NCBI GenBank assembly: GCA_963788235.1
Contig: CAWBFV010000008.1
Coordinates: 512,062 to 576,061, forward strand
DNA from: an uncultured Chloroflexia bacterium
Lineage (GTDB): Bacteria; Chloroflexota; Limnocylindria; Limnocylindrales; CSP1-4
Direction of reading: 5' to 3'
DNA: 64,000 bases
Below the pieces are notes generated by a model. It saw only the letters and a program-made list of their open reading frames with translations, searched no databases and was not told the origin of the DNA. Made by a program: the position numbers and the translations under genes. Shown piece after piece: positions 28,828-38,608 of the stretch (its first letter is position 1; each line of letters begins with the position of its first letter).

Positions 28828-29433
28828 TCAGCCGGTGGCGTAGCGCCAGGACAGGGGCCCGGTGTAGCAGTGGCGGAGCTTCCGACACAGCCCGCCGGTC
28901 AGGTCCCACTGCCGCCCGCTGACGTACGGCCCGCGATCCACGACCGCGGCCGTCACGGTGCGCCCGTTCGCCGGGTTGCGGAACGTGATCTTGGTCCCGC
29001 ACGGCAGGCTCCGATGCGCCACGCCGATCAGCTCCTCGGTGAGCGCGACACCGCACGCGGTGCGCTTGCCGTAGAAGCCGGGGCCGTACCAGGACACGTT
29101 CCCATCCAGGCGCCAGCGGTTCCTGTTGACCGTGACGGCCTTCGTCGTGGGCTGGGCAGCCGCTGGCCGAGCCGGAGGCGGCTCATTCGCGGTGTCTGGC
29201 TCGAGCATCGTCGAGTCGTGACCCAGGGCTCCGTCGGAACGGGCCCCCGGGTCCAGGGGCGTGGTCGTCGTCACCGGCCCACGGACAGCCGCGACCATCT
29301 CCACCGAGGCGAAGAGATCAACGGACGGGGTTTCGGTCGGGCTGGGGGCCCTGAAACCCATCGGTCCGGGGACGGCGACCGCAGCGAGCATGGCGATGGG
29401 CGCCATCCACGCGACGACCTTGGGGCGTCGCAC
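28828..29433 (-). CDS. RlpA-like double-psi beta-barrel (DPBB) domain protein, secreted
   Basis: Signal sequence. C-terminal GNVSWYGPGFYGKRTACG...HRSLPCGTKITF...VVDRGPY is typical of the RlpA/DPBB_1 family. Confidence 0.75.
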   Translation of the reverse strand: MRRPKVVAWMAPIAMLAAVAVPGPMGFRAPSPTETPSVDLFASVEMVAAVRGPVTTTTPLDPGARSDGALGHDSTMLEPDTANEPPPARPAAAQPTTKAVTVNRNRWRLDGNVSWYGPGFYGKRTACGVALTEELIGVAHRSLPCGTKITFRNPANGRTVTAAVVDRGPYVSGRQWDLTGGLCRKLRHCYTGPLSWRYATG

Positions 29434-29520
29434 GTCTGCCCGACTCTAGCATCCACGCACGTTTCGTGGCGTCGACGCACCACCCCGCACCGCATCTCGG
29501 TTCCGTGACAGACTCCCGGT

Positions 29521-30420
29521 GTGCCCCGTCTCGACCTCGTCCTCGACGCTCCGCTGGACCTCGCCGCGTCGATGGGGCCGCTCGCCCGCGGGCGTGGCGA
29601 TCGCACGATCCGGATCGCGTCCGGGCGGGCCTGGTGGGCGACACGGACCCCCGACGGCGTCGGCACGCTGGGGCTGACCGTCGGTGGCGACCGGTTGTCC
29701 GCGGAGGCGTGGGGACCCGGTGCCGACCGGCTCATCGAGCGGGTCCCGCGGCTGTTCTCGGTGGCGACGGGGACCCTGGCGGTCGACGAGGACCGGCGGA
29801 TCTCGGCGCTGGCGCGACGCGCGCCGGGGGTGCGGGTGCTCCGGACCGAGGCGGTGCTCGACGCGCTGGTCGCGGCGATCCTCGAGCAGAAGGTGACCGG
29901 CACCGAGGCGCATCGCGCGTGGCACGGGTTGGTGCGGCGCTACGGGGAGCCGGCACCAGGGCCGGGCCAACTCGGGCTGCGAGTGCTGCCGGCGCCGGCG
30001 ACACTCGCGGCGCTCCCCTATTGGTCGTATCACGTCCTGGGCCTCGAGCAACGACGGGCTGAGCTCATCCGGGCCGTCGCCCGTCGCGCCGCGTGGTTCG
30101 AGGCGATCGTGGATCTGCCGCTCGCCGACGCCTACGCTCGACTCCGGTCGGTGCCGGGCATCGGGCCGTGGACGGCCGCGGAGATCGGCGTTCGCGCCCT
30201 GGGCGACGTGGACGCCGTGAGCGTCGGCGATTTCCATCTGCCGCACCTCGTGGCGTACTCGCTCGCCGGGGAGCCGCGTGCCGATGACGCCCGGATGCTG
30301 GAGCTGCTCGAGCCGTTCCGCGGGAAACGGGCGCTGGTGGTGCGGTTGCTCGAGCTCAGCGGCGTGCAGGCACCGAAGTACGGTCCACGGCTTGCGCCTC
30401 GTCGGATCGAGGGCATCTGA
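29521..30420 (+). CDS. DNA-3-methyladenine glycosylase 2 family (AlkA-like, HhH-GPD)
   Basis: HhH motif LRSVPGIGPWTAAEIGVRALGDVDAVSVGD. GTG start. Confidence 0.75.
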   Translation: MPRLDLVLDAPLDLAASMGPLARGRGDRTIRIASGRAWWATRTPDGVGTLGLTVGGDRLSAEAWGPGADRLIERVPRLFSVATGTLAVDEDRRISALARRAPGVRVLRTEAVLDALVAAILEQKVTGTEAHRAWHGLVRRYGEPAPGPGQLGLRVLPAPATLAALPYWSYHVLGLEQRRAELIRAVARRAAWFEAIVDLPLADAYARLRSVPGIGPWTAAEIGVRALGDVDAVSVGDFHLPHLVAYSLAGEPRADDARMLELLEPFRGKRALVVRLLELSGVQAPKYGPRLAPRRIEGI

Positions 30421-30462
30421 GGCTGCGCTCCGCAACGGGGCGGTCCCCGCGCCGAGCACGGG

Positions 30463-31377
30463 TCAACCGACGCCCTGGCTCCTCGCGATGCGTACCGCGT
30501 CGGCGAACTGCCCTACGGCCTCGGCCGTGTTCGGCTCGAGCGCGGCGATCAGCTCGCCCGTGCCGTCAGCCGCGTAGGCCGCGATCCCGGTGGCGATCGC
30601 CTCGGGACCGCCACTGAGTCGCGACCCGGGTCCGGGATCACTCGAGGCGACCAACTCGTCGATCCGCACGTTCACGCCGACCGTGCGCTCGAGCGTCGAC
30701 GGGTCGCGACCCACTGCCCTGCACGCCGCCTCGAGGTCGCGGCGCAGCCCCGCCCAGCGCTCGTCGGGCATCCCGAACCAGGCCTCGTTCCAGGTGTCGG
30801 CGTAGCGTGCGGTCAGTTCCAGCATCCGCGGTCGTTTCGCGGCGATGAGGATCGGCAGCTCGGGACGCGCCGGCGGGGCGAGCACGGCGTCGCGTGCCTG
30901 GACCCAGCGGCCGTCGAGCGTCGCGCGCCCCTCGCGGATCAGCCCGTGGATGACGGTCAGCGCCTCCTCGAACCGGCCGACCTTGTGATCGGTCGGGTAG
31001 CCGAAGGCCTCGAATTCCGGGTCATGCCAGCCGCAGCCGAGCCCGAGGATCAGGCGCCCGTCGCTCACGTGGTCGAGCGTGGCGGCCATCTTGGCCAGCA
31101 GCGCCGGGTTGCGGAACCCCGTGCACATCACCAGGATCCCGAGCCGAACCCGGGACGTCGCCTCGGCGAGCGCCGACATGACCGTCCAGCACTCGAGGAT
31201 GGCGCTGTCCTCGCCATCCTCGCGGAACAGCAGGTGGTCGTAGCCCCAGATCGAGTCGAACCCGGCGTCCTCGGCGGCTCGCGCGACCGCCCGGATGCTC
31301 GCGTACGACGGCATCGTCCCCGGATCGTCGTCCTCGGCCATCGGGAGCGTGACCCCGATCTTCACCGCCACCTCCAT
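30463..31377 (-). CDS. LLM-class (luciferase-like) F420-dependent oxidoreductase
   Basis: GFDSIWGYDHL, LGILV and LGLGCGWHDPEFEAFGY motifs. The start may instead be the in-frame GTG 4 codons downstream, at 31365 (VKIGVTLP). Confidence 0.8.
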   Translation of the reverse strand: MEVAVKIGVTLPMAEDDDPGTMPSYASIRAVARAAEDAGFDSIWGYDHLLFREDGEDSAILECWTVMSALAEATSRVRLGILVMCTGFRNPALLAKMAATLDHVSDGRLILGLGCGWHDPEFEAFGYPTDHKVGRFEEALTVIHGLIREGRATLDGRWVQARDAVLAPPARPELPILIAAKRPRMLELTARYADTWNEAWFGMPDERWAGLRRDLEAACRAVGRDPSTLERTVGVNVRIDELVASSDPGPGSRLSGGPEAIATGIAAYAADGTGELIAALEPNTAEAVGQFADAVRIARSQGVG

Positions 31378-31438
31378 CCTGTCGCCATCGCGGATGCCGC
31401 CGGAAGCCTACCCTTGCGGTGACTAGCGAGGAGGACCG

Positions 31439-31783
31439 ATGCCGCCGTTCGAGAAGTCACCACCGGAGCTCATCGCGCGGTTCGATGCCATCGCCGAACG
31501 GCACCCCGACGCCCAGCGCAGGAAGATGTTCGGCTACCCGGCGCTGTTCGTCGGCGGGAACCTCGTGACGGGGCTGTTCGCCGATCGATGGATGATCCGC
31601 CTCGGGCCGGAGGATCTCGCGACGATGCTCGAGCTGCCCGGCGGCGGACCGTTCTCGCCGATGGCCGGCAAGTCGATGAAGGGCTACGCGACGGTCCCGA
31701 CGTCAGTCGTCGACGACGACGCGGCCATCGACGACTGGGTCAATCGATCGATCGCCTTCGGCCGGACGTTGAAGGCCAAATAG
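31439..31783 (+). CDS. TfoX N-terminal domain protein
   Basis: RRKMFGYPALFVGGNLVTGLFADRWMIRL matches the TfoX_N pattern. Confidence 0.7.
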   Translation: MPPFEKSPPELIARFDAIAERHPDAQRRKMFGYPALFVGGNLVTGLFADRWMIRLGPEDLATMLELPGGGPFSPMAGKSMKGYATVPTSVVDDDAAIDDWVNRSIAFGRTLKAK

Positions 31784-31862
31784 GCCTCGCCGCTCGCCCC
31801 GAACAAGCGGATGCGCCGGCACCCTCGACGAGGATGCCGGCGCGAGAGTCGGTCGCCAGAGA

Positions 31863-33288
31863 TCAGGCCCGGGCGGCCGGTGTGATGTTCTGGTTGCGCC
31901 GGAACAGGTTGGTCGGGTCGTAGCGGCGCTTGACGTCGGCCAGCCGCCGGTAGGTCAGGTCGGGATAGGCCTCGCGGATCCGCTCCTCGCCCTCGACCTC
32001 GAGGAAGTTGGAGTAGACGCCACGAGCACCGGGTCGGAGCGCCTCGAAGAAGCTCGTCGTCCAGGCCGCGTGGATCGGCGCCTCGGACGGGTCCTCGTAC
32101 GGCGTGATGATCAGGACCATCACCGGCGCCTCGCGGTGCGCGAAGGCCGTGGCGCCCGCTGGCACGCGCGCCATCGCGCCGCCGAGGATCCGGATCTGGG
32201 TCATCGCAAATGGCGAGCTCGGTGCCGCCATGTGCTCGAGGATCACGTCGATCGCGGTCTCGTCGAGCGCATCGAGGAACAGCGACCGGTGCGCCGCTGG
32301 AGCACGCCGCTCGGCGTCCTTGAGCATCGCGTAGATGCCCGGGTACGGCATCGGCATGACCGCCTCGGCCATCGGTGTCGCGAGCTGGCGGAACGGCTCC
32401 AGCGCCCGCTGGCCCTCGGCCGGATCGCCGTCGTAGACGAACATCACCGCGAGCGTCGGGCTTGCCCTGCACGGGCTCCGGGATGAACGGCGCAGGCGGT
32501 GCCGGCATCAGGACCGAGATCGTGGTCAGCGCCTCGGGGGCGGCAGCGGCCGTCGCCTCGAGCTGGCTGAGCACCTCGCGGGTGGGCGGCAGGAAGAGCG
32601 CGCCACCGAGGATCGTCGTGACGGGGTGCAGCCGGAACTGGAAGCGGGTGACGACGCCGAAGTTGCCACCACCGCCACGGACGGCCCAGAACAGGTCGGG
32701 GTGCTCGGTCTCGCTCGCGACGAGGATGCGGCCGTCGGCCGTCACGATCTCGACCGAGACCAGCGCGTCGATCGTCATGCCGTGCTTGCGTGCGAGCCAG
32801 CCGATCCCGCCGCCGAGGGTGAGGCCGGCGATGCCGACGCTGCCGGTGTCGCCGAACGGCGTCGCCAGGCCATGCTCGGCCGCGGCGACCGTGTACTCGC
32901 CGGCGGTCAGGCCGGCGCCGGCCCAGGCCAGCCGGGCGACCGGGTCGATGTGCAGGCCCTTCATGGTGCCGAGGTCGAGGACGATGCCGCCGTCGCTCGT
33001 TCCGTAGCCAGCGAGGCTGTGACCGCCGCCGCGGACGGCGAGCTCGAGCCCGGTCTCGGCCGCGAACAGCACGGTTCGCGCGACGTCGGCCGACGAGACG
33101 GCACGGACGATGCGCAGTGGGCGCCCGTCGGCGAGCGCGTCGTGGACCTGGCGGGCGTCGTCGTAGCCCGGATCCTCGGGACCGATGACGGTGCCGGCGA
33201 TCCCGGCCGCGAACGCGTCGAGGTCCTGGGTGCTGAAGGGCGCGGGTGCGAGGGCGAGGGCGGGGGCGGGGATACGGGCGAGGACCAT
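31863..33288 (-). pseudogene. FAD-binding oxidoreductase (PCMH/VAO type with BBE-like C-terminus), reading frame broken near 32455
   Basis: N-terminus from ATG 33288 (RGGGHSLAGYGTSDGGIVLDL, GLTLGGGIGW). After ...PEPVQGKP the conserved continuation LAVMFVYDGDPAEG...YSNFL...RLADVKRRYDPTNLFRRNQNI is in the next frame (track ORF 31863..32447). Confidence 0.8.
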
Positions 33289-33510
33289 TGCGGGACATCC
33301 TTTCGGTGTGGGGGCGCTGCGACCGGGGGGCGGGAGTGGGAGGTGGCGACTGGGGCGCCGTCTCAAGTGCCTCGATGGTGGCTGCCCCGACCCGCCGTGC
33401 CAGCCGTCAAGCGATCGCAGCCGCCCGTCGTCGCATGACGAGCGCGATGCGACGGATGACGATGTCGACGGCCTCGGCCGCGCGGCTATCCCCGCGGCAG
33501 CCGGCCCGCG

Positions 33511-33792
33511 TTGCATCAGATGCACGTACGGTCGCCAGATCGGCCCGCAACGTCGACGAATCGGTCGAAACCGTGCATCTGATGCAGCAGGTGCGACGTT
33601 CAGGGCCCGGGATCGACTGATCCGGTTCGATTTCGTGCACCTGATGCACAGATTCGACGACCAAAGGCCCTGTCGGCGACGTTGCGTGCATTTGGTGCAC
33701 GGCCATCGGGCATTTGCGGCATCAAACGCACGGAATCGACGCGTCGAGCCTCGTCTTGCCCGATGCAGGGCGGAAATGTGCGTCTGATGCAG
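33511..33792. repeat. Array of five 15-bp near-palindromes (core TGCATC-N-GATGCA) in a 578-bp non-coding gap
   Basis: Copies at 33511-33525, 33573-33587, 33635-33649, 33686-33700 and 33778-33792. The first three are spaced exactly 62 bp apart. The spacers share degenerate GGCCC and GAATCG/GATTCGAC blocks. Confidence 0.6.
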
Positions 33793-33866
33793 CGGATCGG
33801 CGCCTGCAGGCCCGGCGTCCCGCGCGGCGCCGCGCGCCCGCGCGCCCGAGCGCCGTTACCGGCTCG

Positions 33867-34748
33867 TCACGCCTCCAGGAGCCCGACCGCCGCGCAGTCC
33901 TCGGCGACCCGCTCGAGCAACCCCGCGTCGGACACCGCGCCGAACCCTTGCACCATCACCCGATCCACACCGACGTCCCGGTAGTCGCGCAGCCGGTCGC
34001 GACGCGCGGCCCCGACAGTGGCATCGGCCGGACCCCAGATGTGGACCGAGACCCGCAGGGTCGCTGGGTCGCGCCCGATCTCCTCGCACCGCGCCCGGAT
34101 CACCGGCAGTGCCGCCTCCACGTCCCGCGGCACCATCGCGTCGAGATTGAGCTCGTCCGCGAACCGCGCGGCCAGGCGCCACGTGACCTTGGGCCCGTTC
34201 CCGCCGATCAACACCGGGATCCGACCCCCCGCCGACTTCGGCTCGTGGATCGCGTCCTCCACCGAGGCGTACGGACCCGAGTACGTCGCGTGCCCCGGCC
34301 CGAGCATCCGGCTGATGATCTCGAGGTGATCGGCCAGGATCGCCAGTCGCTCCGGCGGGTCCGGGAACCCGTACCCGTACGCCCGCCATTCGTCTTCCTT
34401 CCAGCCCGCCCCGATCCCGAGCTCGACCCGCCCGCCGGAGATGACGTCGAGCGTCGAGAGCATCTTCGCGGTGAGACCCGCCGGTCGATACGCCGCCGCC
34501 AGCACGAGGTGCCCGAGGCGGGCGCGCGACGTCACGGCGGCGATCCCCGTCAGCTCGACGAACGGCTCGAAGATCGGCGCGTCGATGAGCGGCGGATCGA
34601 CCTGGAAGTGGTCGTACAGCCAGAGCGACTCGAACCCCAGCGACTCGGCCTGCCGGGCGACCTCCACGGTCCGCGCCCACGCCGTCGGACCGTCGAGCCC
34701 GAGGAACTCCCGATCGCAGCCTTGCGGCAGCGTGATCCCGACCTTCAC
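33867..34748 (-). CDS. LLM-class F420-dependent oxidoreductase
   Basis: GFESLWLYDHF, LGIGAGWKEDEWRAYGYGFP. GTG 34748 overlaps the upstream stop (GTGA). Confidence 0.8.
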   Translation of the reverse strand: MKVGITLPQGCDREFLGLDGPTAWARTVEVARQAESLGFESLWLYDHFQVDPPLIDAPIFEPFVELTGIAAVTSRARLGHLVLAAAYRPAGLTAKMLSTLDVISGGRVELGIGAGWKEDEWRAYGYGFPDPPERLAILADHLEIISRMLGPGHATYSGPYASVEDAIHEPKSAGGRIPVLIGGNGPKVTWRLAARFADELNLDAMVPRDVEAALPVIRARCEEIGRDPATLRVSVHIWGPADATVGAARRDRLRDYRDVGVDRVMVQGFGAVSDAGLLERVAEDCAAVGLLEA

Positions 34749-35788
34749 GCGCCGGCCTGCCACGGCCCGTAGGCGCCATCGATCCGTTCGCGGACCTCAG
34801 CGACCACCGCGTCATCGACCGTTCGTTCGTCGGCGATGGAGTGCCACAGCCCGGCCTCGCGGACGAACGCCCCGAGCGTCCGCATGGACGCCTCGGCGTC
34901 CGCCCAGGTCACGCCCATCGCCTCGGGGCGGATGTCGACGCCGGCGCGGTGCAGGGCGGCGACCATCTCGTCGGCCCCCGATCCGTGCAGCACCGACCCG
35001 AGCACGATCCCGAGCCCCACGGGTTGCCCGTGGATGAAGTGCTGACCCGTCCGCTTCTCGAGGTTGTAGAAGAAGAAGTGCTCCACGCCCTCGATGTGGC
35101 GCGGGTTCCAGCCCGACGCGTGGAACGTGTCGCCGCCCCAGCGATGGGCCTCCATCAGCGTGCGGATCCCGTGGTCGGTCACGTCGTGGATGGCATCGAG
35201 CGCACCGAGCACCGAATCGAGCCGCTCGCGCGCCGCCGCGACGAGCCGCTCGTCGTACGGCCACTGCCGTTCGAGCTTGCCCAGGTCCCGCGTCAGCCGC
35301 CAGTCCAGATGCGCGGTGTGATAGCACAGGATGTCGCCCACGCCGGCCCGATTCAGCCCGGCCGGCGCGCTCGCGATGACGTCGAAGTCGACGTACACGG
35401 CTTCCGGGATCGCAAAGCCGCGGTAGCGGACGATCCCATCCTCGCGGAGCCCCGAGCGGTGGCCGAACGGCGCGTTGACCGTCATCGCCGTGGGCACCTG
35501 GAACAGCGGCAGACGTCGTCGCCAGGCGATGAACTTCGCGACGTCGATCGCCTGCCCGCCGCCGAGACCGATGACGCTCGCGCTGGTGGGCAGGTCGTCG
35601 AGGAGCGCCTCGAGCGCGTCCCGCTCGAGCGTCCGGACGAGGTGGACGCCCGCCAGGCCCGGCCCCTCCAGCGTCTCCGAGAACCGCGGCCACAGGTCGT
35701 CCATCGTCACGACGAGATAGGGCCGGTGGGCGAAGTTCGGCAGCTCGCCGACGAGGTTGCGACCGAAGACGGTCGGGAAGCCGCTCAC
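34745..35788 (-). CDS. Iron-containing alcohol dehydrogenase superfamily, sn-glycerol-1-phosphate dehydrogenase (AraM/EgsA)-like
   Basis: IGLGGGQAIDVAKF, FQVPTAMTVNAPF, AGVGDILCYHTAHLDW. GTG 35788 overlaps the SDR stop (GTGA). Confidence 0.65.
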   Translation of the reverse strand: MSGFPTVFGRNLVGELPNFAHRPYLVVTMDDLWPRFSETLEGPGLAGVHLVRTLERDALEALLDDLPTSASVIGLGGGQAIDVAKFIAWRRRLPLFQVPTAMTVNAPFGHRSGLREDGIVRYRGFAIPEAVYVDFDVIASAPAGLNRAGVGDILCYHTAHLDWRLTRDLGKLERQWPYDERLVAAARERLDSVLGALDAIHDVTDHGIRTLMEAHRWGGDTFHASGWNPRHIEGVEHFFFYNLEKRTGQHFIHGQPVGLGIVLGSVLHGSGADEMVAALHRAGVDIRPEAMGVTWADAEASMRTLGAFVREAGLWHSIADERTVDDAVVAEVRERIDGAYGPWQAGA

Positions 35789-36561
35789 CGCGCGGTCCAC
35801 CCGCCGTCGATCATCAGCGTGGCACCGGTGATCAGGCTCGCCGCCGGCGACGCGAGGAACACGACGCCGCCGGCCACGTCCATCGGCTCGCCGATCCGGT
35901 GCAACCCGGCGATGCGCTCGCGAACCTCTGCTTCGAAGCCCGGGTCGCCGAGGGCCTCGGCGGTGCCGTCGGTCCGGATGAACGTCGGGGCGACCGCATT
36001 GACGGTGATGCCGTAGCGGCCCCACTCGACGGCCAGGCACTTGGTCAAGTGCGAGACGGCGGCCTTCGATGCGCAGTAGATGGCCTCGGTCGGCAGGGCG
36101 ACGAAACCGGCCTGCGAGCTCAGGTTGACGATCCGCCCCGAACCCTGGGCGATCATCACCCGACCCGCCGCCTGGCTCGCGAAGAAGGTCCCTTTGACGT
36201 TGATGTCCATCGTCAGGTCGAAGTCGGCCTCGGTGACGTCCTCGGCGAGATTGGATGGGCCGAGGCCGGCGTTGTTCACGAGGATGTCCAATCGCCCGAA
36301 CTGCTCGACGACCGCGCCGACGGCCGGTTCGATCTGCCGCAGGTCGCGGACGTCCATGGGCACAGCGAAGGCCCGACGCCCCATCGACTCGATCTCCGCG
36401 ACGAGGTCATCGGCGGTCCCGGCGACGCGCAGGCCGAGGGCGACGTCCGCGCCAGCGTCGGCAAGGGCGAGCGAGATCGCTCGGCCGAGCCCGCGAGCCG
36501 CGCCCGTGACCAGGGCGACCTGACCCGACAGGGTGAAATCCGGAAACCGATTCACGGCCAC
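35785..36561 (-). CDS. SDR-family oxidoreductase
   Basis: VTGAARGLGRAI Rossmann motif, NNAG, and the catalytic YCASKAA. Confidence 0.85.
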   Translation of the reverse strand: MAVNRFPDFTLSGQVALVTGAARGLGRAISLALADAGADVALGLRVAGTADDLVAEIESMGRRAFAVPMDVRDLRQIEPAVGAVVEQFGRLDILVNNAGLGPSNLAEDVTEADFDLTMDINVKGTFFASQAAGRVMIAQGSGRIVNLSSQAGFVALPTEAIYCASKAAVSHLTKCLAVEWGRYGITVNAVAPTFIRTDGTAEALGDPGFEAEVRERIAGLHRIGEPMDVAGGVVFLASPAASLITGATLMIDGGWTAR

Positions 36562-36692
36562 TCCTCCGTGGGGAAGCGCGGTGCAGCCACCTCCGCCTCG
36601 AAATCCGACAGGCTGGTGCTGGTAGGCTTATCGATGACGCTTATCGTTTGCGCGCTCCCCAAGGGCGAGGATAGGAGCAGCGCCACCGCGGG

Positions 36693-38438
36693 TCAAGATA
36701 CGTCGGCGGTATCGGCGGTTTGGAGGTGTCTCGGCACGGCCGGCGGATCCGGCACGACCGGCGGCTCGGAGATCCCGTGCCGGTAGAACTCCAGGGGCTC
36801 CGGCGGCAGCGGCGTCTCGCCGCGGATCAGGTCGGCGGCCTTCTCCGCGAGCATCATCACGGGGGCGTAGATGTTGCCGTTGGTGACGTAGGGCATCGCC
36901 GACGCGTCGACGACGCGCAGCCCGTCCACGCCGTGGACCTGCATCGTCAGCGGGTCGACCACCGAGTCGCCGTCGACGCCCATCCGCGCGGTGCACGACG
37001 GGTGGAGCGCGGTCTCGGCGTCGCGCGCGACCCAGTCGAGGATCTCCTCGTCGGTCTCGACCGCCGAACCGGGCGACGTCTCCCCGCCGTTGTACTCGGC
37101 GAGTGCCGGCTGGTTGAGCAGCGTGCGCGCCACGCGGACCGCCTCGACCCATTCGCGCCGATCCTGGTCGGTCGAGAGGTAGTTGAAGCGCAGCGCGGGG
37201 TGCTCACGCGGGTCGGCGCTCCGAAGCGTCAGCGAGCCGCGGGCGTCCGAGTACATCGGCCCGACGTGGACCTGGTAGCCATGACCCTTGGCGCCCGCCG
37301 ACCCGTCGTAGCGGATCGCCAGCGGCAGGAAATGGAACATGAGGTTGGGGTAGGCCACGTCCTCGTTCGAGCGGACGAAGCCGCCGCCCTCGAAGTGGTT
37401 CGTCGCTCCGGGCCCCGAGCGCAGGAACAGCCACTGCGCACCGATGAACGGCCGCCGCCATCGCTCGGTGGCCGACGGCTGCATCGACACGGGACGACGC
37501 GACTGGTACTGGACGTAGACCTCGAGATGATCCTGGAGGTGCCGGCCGACGCCCGGCAGATCGGCGACGACGCGGATCCCGTGCTCGTCGAGCTGCGCCG
37601 CCGGCCCGACACCGGACAGCAACAGCAACTGCGGGCTGTTGATCGAGCCGCCCGCGAGGATGACCTCGCCGGCGTACAGCCGGTCGACGCCGCCGCGTCC
37701 GCCGACGCCGCGGGCCACCTCCACGCCGATCGCCCGGCCATCGCGGACGATCACCCGGGTCACGAACCGCCGCGTCCCGATCGACAGGTTGCCGCGGGTC
37801 CGCAGGATCGGGTGCAGGTACGCCCGGGCCGCGGACAGGCGCCGGCCGAGGTGGATGTTCCGATCGAACGCGGCGAAGCCCTCCTGGCGATAGCCGTTGA
37901 CGTCGTCGGTCAGCGGGTAGCCGGCCTGCTGGACGCTCGCGAAGAACGCCCGGAACAACGGGCTCGATGCCGGACCGCGTTCGAGCACCAGCGGCCCATC
38001 GTGACCGCGCCAGGGATCGTCAGGCGCCGCCGCGAGGCACGTCTCCATCTTCTTGAAGTACGGCAGACACCGGGCGAAGTCCCAGCTCGACATCCCCGGG
38101 TCCGCCGCCCAACGCTCGTAGTCCAGCGGATTGCCACGCTGGAAGATCTGGCCGTTGATGCTGGACGAGCCACCGAGCACCTTGCCGCGGGCGTGGTAGA
38201 TCCGCCGCCCGTGCATGAACGGCTCGGGTTCGGATTCGTACCTCCAGTCGTAGAACCGGCTGCCGATCGGGAACGTGAGCGCGGCCGGCATGTGGATGAA
38301 CGGGTCGAACCGGTAATCCGGTCGGCCCGCCTCGAGCAGCAGGACACGGGTCGCCGGGTCCTCGGTGAGCCGGTTCGCCAGCACGGAACCGGCCGATCCG
38401 CCGCCCACGATGATGTAATCGAACTGCCGGTCCGTCAT
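36693..38438 (-). CDS. GMC-family oxidoreductase (choline dehydrogenase-like)
   Basis: [36 protein letters not shown], and the C-terminal HPSCTARMG...DASAMP. Confidence 0.9.
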   Translation of the reverse strand: MTDRQFDYIIVGGGSAGSVLANRLTEDPATRVLLLEAGRPDYRFDPFIHMPAALTFPIGSRFYDWRYESEPEPFMHGRRIYHARGKVLGGSSSINGQIFQRGNPLDYERWAADPGMSSWDFARCLPYFKKMETCLAAAPDDPWRGHDGPLVLERGPASSPLFRAFFASVQQAGYPLTDDVNGYRQEGFAAFDRNIHLGRRLSAARAYLHPILRTRGNLSIGTRRFVTRVIVRDGRAIGVEVARGVGGRGGVDRLYAGEVILAGGSINSPQLLLLSGVGPAAQLDEHGIRVVADLPGVGRHLQDHLEVYVQYQSRRPVSMQPSATERWRRPFIGAQWLFLRSGPGATNHFEGGGFVRSNEDVAYPNLMFHFLPLAIRYDGSAGAKGHGYQVHVGPMYSDARGSLTLRSADPREHPALRFNYLSTDQDRREWVEAVRVARTLLNQPALAEYNGGETSPGSAVETDEEILDWVARDAETALHPSCTARMGVDGDSVVDPLTMQVHGVDGLRVVDASAMPYVTNGNIYAPVMMLAEKAADLIRGETPLPPEPLEFYRHGISEPPVVPDPPAVPRHLQTADTADVS

Positions 38439-38608
38439 GTGGCGGCGATGCTAGCGGTTCGCGTGACCACGAACGGGGCGTTCCGGACAGGACCAGGGGC
38501 GGGACCAACGGGTCATCGGCCGCAGGGACCTCCGCAAGGCGGACGCGCACGCTTCGGTCACCTACGGTCTCCGCACGGAGCACCGGCGCGTCGCGCCGGC
38601 GTCCGAAC

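Noticed and set aside
29434-29520. c-di-AMP (ydaO-type) riboswitch upstream of the RlpA-like cell-wall gene
   Set aside because: The intergenic region is only 87 bp and shared with the divergent glycosylase gene. That is too short for that element.
33407-33706. 99-aa ORF inside the palindrome array
   Set aside because: The repeat period (62 or 51 bp) is not a multiple of three, so the repeats are read in different frames. There is no RBS, and the composition is odd (His, Cys and Arg runs derived from the palindromes).
33511-33792. Possible CRISPR array
   Set aside because: The repeated core is only 15 bp, imperfectly conserved and palindromic. The spacers share sequence blocks with each other. 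There are no cas genes in the window.
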